Shown here: positions 1-8,946 of the stretch, piece by piece
Numbering within the stretch: the stretch's first letter is position 1
Layout: the number at the start of each line of letters is the position of its first letter
Source of the DNA: an uncultured Acidobacteriota bacterium
Lineage (GTDB): Bacteria; Acidobacteriota; Terriglobia; Terriglobales; Acidobacteriaceae
DNA length: 64,000 bases
NCBI GenBank assembly: GCA_963698805.1
Contig: CAVOSN010000005.1
Span: 155,553-219,552, forward strand
Direction: 5' to 3'
Notes under the pieces: generated by a model
The model's database searches: none
What the model was told of the DNA's origin: nothing
Seen by the model: the letters and a program-made list of their open reading frames with translations, nothing else
Program-made: the position numbers and the translations under genes

Positions 1-1
1 C

Positions 2-598
2 CGTGTTTACGGCGTGCAGTCGGGCGTCACGATTTCCAACGTCGTTGCTGGAAGCCCGGCCGATACGGCTGGCCTGAAGGTTGGCGACACCATCACCGCA
101 GTGGACGGCAAGGAAGTGAAGAACGGCGACGAACTGGTTGCCGACATTGCCGCCCGCAAGCCCGGCTCGAAGGCGAACCTGAGCTTCGTGCGCAACGGCA
201 AGAAGGAGCAGACCTCGGTCACCATCGCCGACCGGTCTAAGCTCTTCGCCGCTCGCCTGGGTGAGGATCAGCAGGGCAGCGAGGAACAACAGCCCAAGGA
301 AAGCAAGCTGGGCCTGAGTGTTCGTCCGCTGACCGCAGACCTGGCTGAACGTCTCGATGTCCCTGCCGGCAAGGGCGTGATCGTTCAGGATGTCAAAGCT
401 GGCTCTTTCGCCGATGATATTGGCCTGAATCGCGGCGACGTGATTCTTGAAATCAACAAGCAGCTCGTCAATTCAGCCGACGACTTCACCAAGATTGAAG
501 CGTCGTTGAAGAGCGGGCAGGACGTGGTGTTCCTGGTCCGGCCCAGAGGGGCAGGCAAGCAGGACGGCACCATCTTTATCGCGGGTACACTTCCGTAA
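2..598 (+). CDS. HtrA/DegP-family periplasmic serine protease, C-terminal fragment with two PDZ domains (5' end outside window)
   Basis: Frame open from the window edge to TAA 596-598. Two PDZ-like segments (VAGSPADTAGLKVGDTITAVDGKEV and VKAGSFADDIGLNRGDVILEINKQLV), as in DegP/DegQ C-termini. Confidence 0.8.
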   Translation, partial: RVYGVQSGVTISNVVAGSPADTAGLKVGDTITAVDGKEVKNGDELVADIAARKPGSKANLSFVRNGKKEQTSVTIADRSKLFAARLGEDQQGSEEQQPKESKLGLSVRPLTADLAERLDVPAGKGVIVQDVKAGSFADDIGLNRGDVILEINKQLVNSADDFTKIEASLKSGQDVVFLVRPRGAGKQDGTIFIAGTLP

Positions 599-619
599 CC
601 CGATCATTGTCCGACGGTC

Positions 620-663
620 ACTGGCACTGGCGTCCCGATTCAGGGATGATTTCCAGTGCCGGT
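620..663 (+). terminator. Stem-loop just downstream of the htrA-like gene
   Basis: ACTGGCACTGG (620-630) pairs with CCAGTGCCGGT (653-663), 10 of 11 positions. No U-tract, so terminator function is uncertain. Confidence 0.3.
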
Positions 664-762
664 ACCGCCGGGCATATTCCTTGACAACGCTTCGCGGGGA
701 GAGCTCATCCCATGGTTATCCGGGGTGACATCTGCCGTTGGGGCGAGACAGAGGCTTAGCGA

Positions 763-1314
763 ATGGGACTTTCCGGGGCGTGGCTGAAGAGCAGAGTGGC
801 TGCTTCGAGTGCTGCGCTGCTCGTGTGTTCCATGGCCTGGACGCAGGCGGTTGCGCTGCCAGACGCGTCCGCCGGCAAGACCACCACGACGGCAAACCAC
901 CCAGCCGCCAAGCTGAAATCCACTAAAACGAAACGTACGAAAACGTCAGCCTCAAGCAAGGGTAAGCGGTCGGGGAAGGGGGCCCATCGCGGGCAGCAGA
1001 AAATCGATCTCGAGCGCACGCACCAGATTCAGCAAGCACTGATCAAGCAGCATTACATGAGCGGCGAGCCTTCGGGCAAGTGGGACGCTTCCACCGAAGC
1101 CGCCCTGCGCAAATTCCAGGCCGACAACGGCTGGCAGAATAAGACGGTGCCCGACTCCCGTGCTCTGATCAAGCTGGGCCTGGGTCCGAATCACGATCAT
1201 CTTCTCAATCCGGAAAGTGCGATGACGTCGACGCCGGAAACCTCCGCCACGTCCGAGGCTTCGACACCCGCGGCCAAGGGGCCAGCGGTGCCGGTCAGCC
1301 AGCCGCAGCGGTAG
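763..1314 (+). CDS. Secreted protein with peptidoglycan-binding (PG_binding_1-like) domain
   Basis: 183-aa ORF with an N-terminal signal-like segment (AALLVCSMAWTQAVA). The segment QQALIKQHYMSGEPSGKWDASTEAALRKFQADNGW resembles PG-binding repeat domains. Confidence 0.7.
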   Translation: MGLSGAWLKSRVAASSAALLVCSMAWTQAVALPDASAGKTTTTANHPAAKLKSTKTKRTKTSASSKGKRSGKGAHRGQQKIDLERTHQIQQALIKQHYMSGEPSGKWDASTEAALRKFQADNGWQNKTVPDSRALIKLGLGPNHDHLLNPESAMTSTPETSATSEASTPAAKGPAVPVSQPQR

Positions 1315-1379
1315 CGCGAAGTAGTTTCTCCCGAAAAATTTTCAGACCATCCAAGAACTTAGCGCTCGTGGAATCCCAC

Positions 1380-1402
1380 CTTTGCGCGAAGGACGCGCAA
1401 AG
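1380..1402. repeat. Perfect 9-bp-stem hairpin built on the CGCAAAG word (REP-like)
   Basis: CTTTGCGCG-aagga-CGCGCAAAG. Same heptamer as the 5895-6030 array. Confidence 0.5.
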
Positions 1403-1457
1403 ATGGGGCACCCTTTGTTGTGGTCCTCGCCACAAGCTTTGTATGCGTTCAGCGGGA

Positions 1458-1928
1458 CTACAGCCGCAGCCGCATCTCGTTGGTGGCCGAGAAGCCCATC
1501 GATTCGTAAAGACTTCGTCCTGAGGGACTGGCGTGCAGGATGATCGTGTCGACGCTGTTCTGCTTGCACCAGTCCAGCGCCGTCTGCATCAGCGCTCGGG
1601 CCAATCCGCGACGGCGGAAATTGGCGTTCGTGTAGACGTTGAGGATATTGCCGCGTCGGCCCCGTCCGATCATGTGTGGAGGCCAGTCCATCAGCCAGAG
1701 TCCCGTGCCGGCTGAGATCGTGCCGTCGGGAGCCGTGGCCAGCCACGCGAGGTAGTCCCCCGCATTTATGTGCTCCAACAACCAGACGCGAAATTTCTCT
1801 GACATGACACGCATCGCAGCTTCGTCGCTGTAACCCATGTCTTGAAACATCGCCCTCCGATGCTCGACCAGCGTTTCCAGGTCGGCGGTCGAGGCGCAGC
1901 GAATGGTGAAACCCTCCGGTAGAGACAT
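1458..1928 (-). CDS. GNAT-family N-acetyltransferase
   Basis: 156-aa ORF. RRRGLARALMQTALDWCK region is typical of the GNAT acetyl-CoA-binding motif A. Confidence 0.85.
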   Translation of the reverse strand: MSLPEGFTIRCASTADLETLVEHRRAMFQDMGYSDEAAMRVMSEKFRVWLLEHINAGDYLAWLATAPDGTISAGTGLWLMDWPPHMIGRGRRGNILNVYTNANFRRRGLARALMQTALDWCKQNSVDTIILHASPSGRSLYESMGFSATNEMRLRL

Positions 1929-2077
1929 AAGGTTGATATTTTAGACGCTGCCGAACTCGCGTCGATTCATGGGGCTGCCTCTAACCGGTGATCCCGTCAC
2001 ACCTTCTCGTGACGCCGCACACTTCGCCACCGGGGCGTCGCCGCTAGCATAGAAAAAGAAGTACCCGAAAGGATCGT

Positions 2078-2449
2078 ATGCGACTTTTGAAAGTCATCAC
2101 GGCATTCTTCGCGATCGTTCTTTGTATGTCCGGAGTCTTGGCAGCCAGAACAAACAAATACGGTGTGGCCGACGTGCGCAAGGTCACCCTGAGCGCTCCC
2201 ACGCGTGTCGGCGACGTGTTGCTGCCCCAGGGGCAGTACGAAGTCCGTCACGTGATGGAAGCTGATAGTCACATCATGGTGTTCAAGCAGATCGGGGGCA
2301 AGTCGGCCGAAGCGCGAGTGAAGTGCAACCTAACTCCCCTCCAGCGGAAGGTGGATCACGACCAGGTGGTCTACACGCTCAATGCAGCCAACGAGAGAGT
2401 GCTCCAGACACTTCGCTTCAGCGGGGACACAGCGGAACACGTGTTCTAA
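2078..2449 (+). CDS. Small secreted protein of unknown function
   Basis: 123-aa ORF with a signal-like N-terminus (ITAFFAIVLCMSGVLAA). LPQGQYEV motif resembles MPAGEYVI in the 44413-44832 protein. Confidence 0.6.
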   Translation: MRLLKVITAFFAIVLCMSGVLAARTNKYGVADVRKVTLSAPTRVGDVLLPQGQYEVRHVMEADSHIMVFKQIGGKSAEARVKCNLTPLQRKVDHDQVVYTLNAANERVLQTLRFSGDTAEHVF

Positions 2450-2515
2450 AGCACCGTTCGGATGTGTTCAAGAAGGTGGGAGCCGCGGGCACACTTTTGC
2501 GACACCCGGACTCGC

Positions 2516-3253
2516 CTATCTGTTGAGGACGGGTTTCGGGGAGTAGGGAAGCGGCTGTCCGGAGAGAATCGCTCGCGGGTTTTCCTCGAGCAGGGCCTGC
2601 GCGACTTCCTCGCCCGCGATCTCGGCGGCCGCTGTCCTTGCTTCTGAAAGAATCGGCGTCCGGTGCTTGGTGTCATGAGCATCGGACGCGATCACGTGCA
2701 CTGCCTCGCGCTCCAGAAGCCAGGTGGCCACGCGTGCGACCCGCTGTCCCCAAAAACCAGTCAGGGCGTTGGCTGTGATCTGCACCGCGCAGCCCAACTC
2801 CACAAACTCGATCACGCGCTGCGGGGTTTGCCGCAGAATCGCGTTGCGCTCCGGGTGCGTGATGACAGGGGTTAATCCGAGATCGCCCAGCCGCAAGAAC
2901 CAGTCTCCAATCAGAGAGGGAATGCTGTAGTCGCTCAGCTCCACCAGCAGGTAGCTGGCTCCGGCGACGGTGTAGAGATGCGGCTGCGCCAGCAGGCTTT
3001 GCAGGTTGTCGTAGGAGAGATGGAAGTCGCAGCCCAGGCTGAGTTGCGGCGCGCTGCCGACCATTCCCTGCAGGCGCTGAACGCAACCGGTCAGGTATTC
3101 GTGATCGTAGTGGTAGCGATCGTTGGAGTGGGGCGTCGCCACCATGTGGGTGACGCCGTCGGCCGCCGCTATCCGGCACATCTCGGCCGACACTTCCCAG
3201 GACTTAGGTCCGTCATCAACCTCGGGCAGGATATGGCTGTGAATGTCAATCAC
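2516..3253 (-). CDS. PHP-domain Mn-dependent protein-tyrosine phosphatase (CpsB/YwqE type)
   Basis: Starts MIDIHSHILPEVDDGP, followed by MVATPHSNDRY, VITHPERN and VIASDAHD motifs characteristic of the CpsB family. Confidence 0.85.
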   Translation of the reverse strand: MIDIHSHILPEVDDGPKSWEVSAEMCRIAAADGVTHMVATPHSNDRYHYDHEYLTGCVQRLQGMVGSAPQLSLGCDFHLSYDNLQSLLAQPHLYTVAGASYLLVELSDYSIPSLIGDWFLRLGDLGLTPVITHPERNAILRQTPQRVIEFVELGCAVQITANALTGFWGQRVARVATWLLEREAVHVIASDAHDTKHRTPILSEARTAAAEIAGEEVAQALLEENPRAILSGQPLPYSPKPVLNR

Positions 3254-3410
3254 GCGGCGCGTCCCAACAGTCTAACTATTTGAGTGTAAACAGATTCGGC
3301 GGGAAAGACTACGGGTTGCCGAAACAGGCCAGCGCCGTTTCTGGGAAACCGCCATTCGCGTGGGCGGTGAGGCGTGACCCGGCTCACAGCTTCATTGGCC
3401 GGAATGTGCG

Positions 3411-3755
3411 ATGAAAGAGGCACTTCAAATTCTTGCGAGGTGGCTTATGAACGACAGCCTCTTCTTCGCAACTTTCGATCCCCTGTATATCAACGCTCCG
3501 GAAACCTGCAATCTATGCATCGCAGAGCCCCCGGCCTTTACCTACGAATATTGCATTGAACAGCACGATGGAAAGAGACACTACATCAAGGGCTATTGCT
3601 GCTCGAACTGTGCGGCAGGCTTGATGAGAAGATTGGCCGGCCGGGAAGCCCAGGAGTGGGCCGAGGAGGAGGCCGAACTCGAGGCAGAACAGGTGGACGT
3701 TACTGATCTGCAGAAACGGAGGCTGGCGACGTTTGGCAAAGCCGGCGCGCACTGA
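3411..3755 (+). CDS. Hypothetical Cys-rich protein (possible zinc ribbon) with acidic C-terminal helix
   Basis: 114-aa ORF with CNLC ... CCSNC cysteine pairs. No family recognised. Start may be the internal Met (MNDSLFF). Confidence 0.45.
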   Translation: MKEALQILARWLMNDSLFFATFDPLYINAPETCNLCIAEPPAFTYEYCIEQHDGKRHYIKGYCCSNCAAGLMRRLAGREAQEWAEEEAELEAEQVDVTDLQKRRLATFGKAGAH

Positions 3756-3774
3756 GGACTGAGCGCCCTCAGGG

Positions 3775-4587
3775 CTATCGGCAGAATTTCTGAATTTTGG
3801 GGGGCGGCGGTGTGGGAATTTCACTGAACTCGCCGTCCCACCCGGTGCATCCGTGAGCTGCGATGGAGCGGCTGACGGAGTCCTCTAACTTCCGCGCGTC
3901 TGTTTTGGCTTGATCGATCTGGTCTCGGGAGAGCACGCCCTCCAATTGTCCAAGGTCGTTCTGCGCCGCAGGATCTCCCTCGAGAGCAAGCAGAAACCAG
4001 GTGTAAGCCTTCACGCGGTCGCGATTGATTCCGCGACCTTCTTTCAGAGTCCAAGCATAGGAGTACTGCGCCTGCGGCAGGCCTTGCTCGGCGGCCATTC
4101 GAAACCAGTGCGGAGCCTGTGCGTAGTCGCGCGCGGACAACCGGCTTCCCAGAAGATAGGCGGCGAATGGATTTTTCTGATTTGCAGAAAGCGTCAGCCA
4201 CTTCTGCGCCGCAGAGTCATCTCGCGGGAGCCCTGAAGCCACGACGTAGAGCCGTCCCAGAAGCCACTGCGCCAACCTGTCCCCTGCATCCGCCGCTTTG
4301 CGGTACCAATCCGCGGCCTGCGACGGATCTCTCACCACGATCAGTCCAGTGTCATAGAGGTAGCCGAGCACCACTTGCGCCGGGCCGTAATTCTTCTGCG
4401 CAGACCGGCGAAAGTAATCCACCGCGGCGAGGTCGTTGCGAGTTCCCGCCGAACCCGACAAGGCGTTCATGCCGGCGTCGAATAGCTGTTCCGGCGTGCC
4501 ATTCAGCGGCGGACCTTGGGCAAGCGCCGTTGTGAGAGAAACGATCAGAAGGGCAAAGCAGAGGGATAACGAACGCACCAAATACAT
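3775..4587 (-). CDS. Secreted Sel1-like repeat protein
   Basis: 270-aa ORF with a signal peptide (LCFALLIVSLTTALAQG). Repeated A-x-WYRKAA-x-G and LG-x-LY units typical of Sel1/SLR repeats. Confidence 0.85.
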   Translation of the reverse strand: MYLVRSLSLCFALLIVSLTTALAQGPPLNGTPEQLFDAGMNALSGSAGTRNDLAAVDYFRRSAQKNYGPAQVVLGYLYDTGLIVVRDPSQAADWYRKAADAGDRLAQWLLGRLYVVASGLPRDDSAAQKWLTLSANQKNPFAAYLLGSRLSARDYAQAPHWFRMAAEQGLPQAQYSYAWTLKEGRGINRDRVKAYTWFLLALEGDPAAQNDLGQLEGVLSRDQIDQAKTDARKLEDSVSRSIAAHGCTGWDGEFSEIPTPPPPKIQKFCR

Positions 4588-4640
4588 CTCCTTACAGGCT
4601 TTGTTGCGATTGCGTGTTGAATTTTCTCGGTGCGGAAAAT

Positions 4641-5885
4641 CTATTTGTAACGCGTCTTCATGAAGTCCGCGATTCCGGCGTAGGCCGTGGTTAGGGTCTG
4701 CTCGTCGGGCAGGAACACGATCCGGAAATGCTTCGTGCCTGCCTTCTGGCCGAAGCCCGAGCCGTGCACGACCAGCACGTGCTTTTGCACGAGCAATTCC
4801 TTAACGAACACGTCGTCGCCCTCGGGAATGTCGAGACGCGGGAAGGCGTAGAAGGCTCCCTTGGGCGAAACGCAGCTGACGCGCTTGGTGGAACTGCACC
4901 ACTTCATGGTGAGGTCGCGGCGCGAGCGGAGCTTGGTTAACACTTCTTGCAAGTGATCCTGCGGCCCCTCGAGCGCGGCCTTGATCGCGTACTGCTCAGG
5001 ATGGTTCGCGCACAGGCGCGAGCGCAGCAGGCGCCCGATGCCTTCAACGTACGGCTTCACCGCCGCCGCATCGCCGCTCACGATCCCCCAACCGATGCGC
5101 CAGCCCGGCGCCAGGTAGTTTTTCGAGAGTCCGCCAAACGTGACGATGGGCACGTCGGGAGCGACGGAGGCGAGGGATATTTGCGCGTCGTCGTCGAGGA
5201 GGAGCTTGTCGTAAATCTCGTCGGCGAAGATGACGAGGTTGTTGCGGCGCGCCAATTCGGCGACGGCTTCCAGCATGCGGCGCGAACACACGGCACCCGT
5301 CGGATTGTTGGGATTGATCAGCACAATGCCGCGCGTGCGCGGTCCGATCTTCTTGTGCACGTCAATCAAGTCGGGCTGCCATCCGTCGTCCTCGTTGAGC
5401 GCGTACGTATTCAGTTCGATGCCAAGCTTCGCCAGCACGGCTGAGTACAGCGGATAATCGGGGCTCGGGGTCAGCAGGTTGTCGCCCGGATTCAACAGCG
5501 CGCTCAGGCAGATGTCGACGGTTTCGCTCACGCCCGAAGTGACGAATGCATCCTGCACGGTCGTCATCCCTTTGCGTTCCGCTTCCCCGCGAATCGCGTC
5601 GAGTGCTTCCTTGATCCCCGGCGACGGCGCGTAGCCGTTCTTGCCGTCCTTCATCGCCTTGTACACGGCTTCGATCAGGTGGGAGGGCGTCTGGAAGTCG
5701 AAATTGATCGGGTCCCCGATGTTCAGCGGCAGGATCTTGTGGCCCTTCTTGGCAACTTCATCGGCCACGCAGGCAAGATCGCGAATGGCGTAGCGGACAT
5801 TCTCCAAACGCTGGGCAGCGGCAACTTCCCGTACTTGAGTGGCTGGCATTTCAACTCCGGATCGGACCAGTGCTTCGTACAACAA
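4641..5885 (-). CDS. Class I/II PLP-dependent aminotransferase (alanine/aspartate aminotransferase-like)
   Basis: 414-aa ORF with NPNNPTG and GGLSKNYLAPGWRIGW (PLP-lysine) motifs. True start may be the Met at 5849. Confidence 0.9.
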   Translation of the reverse strand: MLYEALVRSGVEMPATQVREVAAAQRLENVRYAIRDLACVADEVAKKGHKILPLNIGDPINFDFQTPSHLIEAVYKAMKDGKNGYAPSPGIKEALDAIRGEAERKGMTTVQDAFVTSGVSETVDICLSALLNPGDNLLTPSPDYPLYSAVLAKLGIELNTYALNEDDGWQPDLIDVHKKIGPRTRGIVLINPNNPTGAVCSRRMLEAVAELARRNNLVIFADEIYDKLLLDDDAQISLASVAPDVPIVTFGGLSKNYLAPGWRIGWGIVSGDAAAVKPYVEGIGRLLRSRLCANHPEQYAIKAALEGPQDHLQEVLTKLRSRRDLTMKWCSSTKRVSCVSPKGAFYAFPRLDIPEGDDVFVKELLVQKHVLVVHGSGFGQKAGTKHFRIVFLPDEQTLTTAYAGIADFMKTRYK

Positions 5886-5894
5886 AACGAAAAG

Positions 5895-6030
5895 CTTAAC
5901 CGCAAAGAGCGCTAAGCACTACCGCAAAGAACGCAAAGAAAATCTCAGTGCTTCTCCGCTTCGCAGCGGTCGTCGATTCAATCGTTACTTTGCGAGCTTT
6001 GCGCAAACTTTGCGCACTTTGCGGTTTAAG
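5895..6030. repeat. Palindromic array of heptamer CGCAAAG / CTTTGCG (REP/MITE-like element)
   Basis: Forward copies at 5901, 5923 and 5932; reverse copies at 5988, 5997, 6008 and 6017. Terminal arms CTTAACCGCAAAG and CTTTGCGGTTTAAG are inverted repeats. Inner AGCACT/AGTGCT and CCGC/GCGG pairs. Confidence 0.6.
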
Positions 6031-6036
6031 GGTTCT

Positions 6037-6065
6037 GAAGACGAGCGACTGACAACCAACGACTA
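6037..6065. repeat. Stop-rich word tract starting at the ALDH stop codon
   Basis: On the minus strand it reads TAG-TCGTTGGTTGTCAGTCGCTCGTCTTC, beginning with the stop codon (6065-6063). Related to the AGTCGTCAG tracts at 24095 and 44230. Confidence 0.45.
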
Positions 6066-7622
6066 ATCTACTCGATCGATCTGCGCCTTCTGCAGTTTGT
6101 CGGAGTAGTCGATGTACACCGACTTCCACTCACTGTAGAAGTCGATCGCGCCAATGCCACCTTCGCGATGGCCGTTGCCGGTCGCCTTGGTGCCGCCGAA
6201 CGGCAGGTGCACTTCGGCTCCGATGGTCGGCGCATTGATGTAGGTGATGCCGGCGTACAGGTCGCGCATTGCGGTGAAGGCGCGGTTGACGTCCTTCGTG
6301 TACAGCGCCGACGACAACCCGTACTCCACGCCGTTCGCGATCTCGATCGCATCCTCCAGCCCGTCGCACGGAATAATCGAAACCACCGGCCCGAAGATTT
6401 CTTCCTGTGCGATGCGCATCTTCCGATCCACATCGACGAACACCGTCGGTTCCATGAAGAAGCCGTACTGGTAAGCGCCCTTGTCGAGGCGGTTACCGCC
6501 GCATACGAGCTTCGCGCCCTCGTCCTTGCCAATGTCGACGTAGCTGAGGTCGGTCTTCAATTGTGCTTCGTTGACGGCCGGGCCCATGTCGATCGACTCG
6601 TCCAAGCCGTTGCCAACTTTGAGAGCCTTGGCGCGGGAGACATAACGATCCACGAACTCCCGGTACACACCTTTCTGCACGATGATGCGGCTGGTGGCCG
6701 TGCAGCGCTGCCCGGTTGTGCCAAAGGCGCCCCACAGGCCGCCTTCGATGGCGAGATCCAGATTCGCGTCGTCGAGCACGATCATCGGATTCTTGCCGCC
6801 CAGTTCGAGCGAGCAGTGTTTGAAGCTCTTGGCAGCTGTGGTTCCGACGGTGCGGCCGACGGCAGTCGATCCGGTCAGTGAGATGGCGCGCACGTCCGGA
6901 TGCTCGGTAAGTGGCGCGCCGACGCTCGATCCGAATCCGGCCACCACGTTGATCACTCCCTTGGGCACTCCGGCATCGACCAGCGTACGCACCAGATTGA
7001 AGGTAGAGAGCGGTGTATCCTGTGCTGGCTTGATCACGCAGGTGTTCCCGCAGACGATCGCGGGCAGAAGCTTCCACGAAGGGATCGCCATGGGAAAATT
7101 CCAGGGTGTGATCATACCGCAGACGCCGATGGGTTGCCGCACGGCCATGGCGAACTTGTTGGGCAGCTCAGAAGGCGTGGTGGGCCCAAACAGACGGCGG
7201 CCTTCGCCAGCCATGTAGTAGGCCGTGTCGATGGCTTCCTGGGTATCGCCCCGCGTTTCCTTGATGACCTTGCCCATCTCGCGGGTCATGTCGCGTGAGT
7301 ATTCTTCCTTGCGCTCGGCGAGCATTTCGGCGGCGCGGAAGACGATCTCCGCGCGGCGTGGGGCTGGAACCAGGCGCCAGCGCTCGAAAGCGCGCTTCGC
7401 GGCTTCGACCGCGGCGTTGACATCATCTTTGCCGGACTTCTGGAAAATGGCGACCACTTCGCGCGTGTCGGCGGGATTGCGGTCTTCGAAGGTTTCTCCG
7501 GTCGAGGACGCTACCCACTCGCCGTCGATGAAGTTCTTGAGAACTTTGGTATTCCCGCTAGCCATTAGTTCGGGGCTGGTTACAGTATCGGTCGCCATGA
7601 TGCCTCCTATCAATCCACCCAA
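6063..7622 (-). CDS. NAD(P)+-dependent aldehyde dehydrogenase
   Basis: 519-aa ORF with LELGGKNP and GQRCTA (catalytic Cys) motifs. Likely start is MATDTV at 7598. Confidence 0.9.
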   Translation of the reverse strand: MGGLIGGIMATDTVTSPELMASGNTKVLKNFIDGEWVASSTGETFEDRNPADTREVVAIFQKSGKDDVNAAVEAAKRAFERWRLVPAPRRAEIVFRAAEMLAERKEEYSRDMTREMGKVIKETRGDTQEAIDTAYYMAGEGRRLFGPTTPSELPNKFAMAVRQPIGVCGMITPWNFPMAIPSWKLLPAIVCGNTCVIKPAQDTPLSTFNLVRTLVDAGVPKGVINVVAGFGSSVGAPLTEHPDVRAISLTGSTAVGRTVGTTAAKSFKHCSLELGGKNPMIVLDDANLDLAIEGGLWGAFGTTGQRCTATSRIIVQKGVYREFVDRYVSRAKALKVGNGLDESIDMGPAVNEAQLKTDLSYVDIGKDEGAKLVCGGNRLDKGAYQYGFFMEPTVFVDVDRKMRIAQEEIFGPVVSIIPCDGLEDAIEIANGVEYGLSSALYTKDVNRAFTAMRDLYAGITYINAPTIGAEVHLPFGGTKATGNGHREGGIGAIDFYSEWKSVYIDYSDKLQKAQIDRVD

Positions 7623-7715
7623 ACCATCTATGCTACAGGCCCGGCTTGCGAGTGGGCAAGGGACACCGCCCGAACCGCGTCTATGAACAATGCTGGGTAG
7701 TTGATGTTGCCTCGC

Positions 7716-8309
7716 CTACTTGATCAGGCGCATGACGACCACGGTGGCGTAGCGTTCCAGGGCAGGGTAGCGCTTCGAGAGGAGATAGTCCGTCATCCCC
7801 AGCGACTGTGTCATCGACGGCAGCACCATGTTTACCAGCGGGACGATGGGCAGACGGAAAAAGCGCTTGCCTTCGACTTGAAAGGGCGCCGTCATCGTGG
7901 CCAGTTCGTGTTCGGTCAACGGATGCTCGTAGTCGGAAACCTCTTCTTTGGCGGGCAGAAGTTTTCGTAGATGAGTGTAGGTAGACGAAAAGCGGATCGG
8001 TTCCTTGAGGATGATCCGGCCGCCCGGGACAAGCACTCGCTGCATCTCTTCGCGAACGCGCGCGATCTCCAGGTGGTGAATCAGAGACATGCAATAGATC
8101 ACGTCGACAGATGCGTGTGGAAGACCTGTGTCGTAGGCGGACCCTACCTGCAATTCGGATTGCAATTGTGCGTCATCCAGTCGCTTTCGCGCGAGCCGGA
8201 TCAAGTCAGGAGAGATGTCAATGCCGATGGTGCGCGCTCCGCGCTTGATCAGGGGAACAAGGTTGCTGCCCGTCCCACAACCCAGGTCAAGCACAGTCTT
8301 GCCGTTCAC
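7716..8309 (-). CDS. Class I SAM-dependent methyltransferase core; its natural N-terminus (ATG 8480) is cut off by an in-frame TAA at 8444-8442
   Basis: VLDLGCGTG SAM motif lies 5 codons after the GTG at 8309. The same frame is open upstream to the TAA and again to an SD+ATG at 8491-8478. Confidence 0.8.
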   Translation of the reverse strand: MNGKTVLDLGCGTGSNLVPLIKRGARTIGIDISPDLIRLARKRLDDAQLQSELQVGSAYDTGLPHASVDVIYCMSLIHHLEIARVREEMQRVLVPGGRIILKEPIRFSSTYTHLRKLLPAKEEVSDYEHPLTEHELATMTAPFQVEGKRFFRLPIVPLVNMVLPSMTQSLGMTDYLLSKRYPALERYATVVVMRLIK

Positions 8310-8946
8310 GTCTCCCAGAAGATGAAACGCGTATTCCAGCGCGAACGGAGTGGTGGGCGGCGGCGCCAGATAACGCGCGACCTGCGTAGGGTCGACTGGT
8401 TTGCGTACCGTGTTTTGCGCCTCGACGGAACTACGCTCGACTTAAGCTTGAGCACGCAGTGATAACCGAGAGTCCTCCATGAGCAGCCTCCGAAACCGGA
8501 GTAGGGGCCGAGAGAACCAACTGCAGGGGGCGGGATCATATCGCAGCTCTCACGCAGCGCAACGAAAAAATCGGCGCGACTCTTATTCGCAAACATCGCC
8601 GAAATATCGGCACACGATGCGTTCTTGGATTGAGTCGAAGCGCGAATGCTGCCTCCCAGTTGTGATCGAAAAAGAGCTTCGCGCTGAGAGACTGCAGTTG
8701 AGGTCATGAACGTGGAACGGGTGAGAACGCAACCTCAGGGCGCGCGAACTTGGAATCGCAAACTCAGAACTGAAATCAGGGAACCGCCGGCCAAATCCTT
8801 CCCATCGCTCAGCGGGTGTTGGCGGCAACCCGCGAATGGCTTGTTCCTAACCACTGAGCAGTGACCGCTGACACCGTTTTTGCACGACCGGACATGTTCT
8901 AACGGACCTGAACCCAGCTTGTTACCCCGTTCTGACCACGGAAAGC

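Noticed and set aside
8306-8707. 133-aa minus-strand ORF as a frameshifted N-terminal part of the methyltransferase.
   Set aside because: The methyltransferase frame already has its own SD+ATG at 8491-8478 and is interrupted by a stop rather than a shift. The 133-aa ORF has no recognisable motifs.
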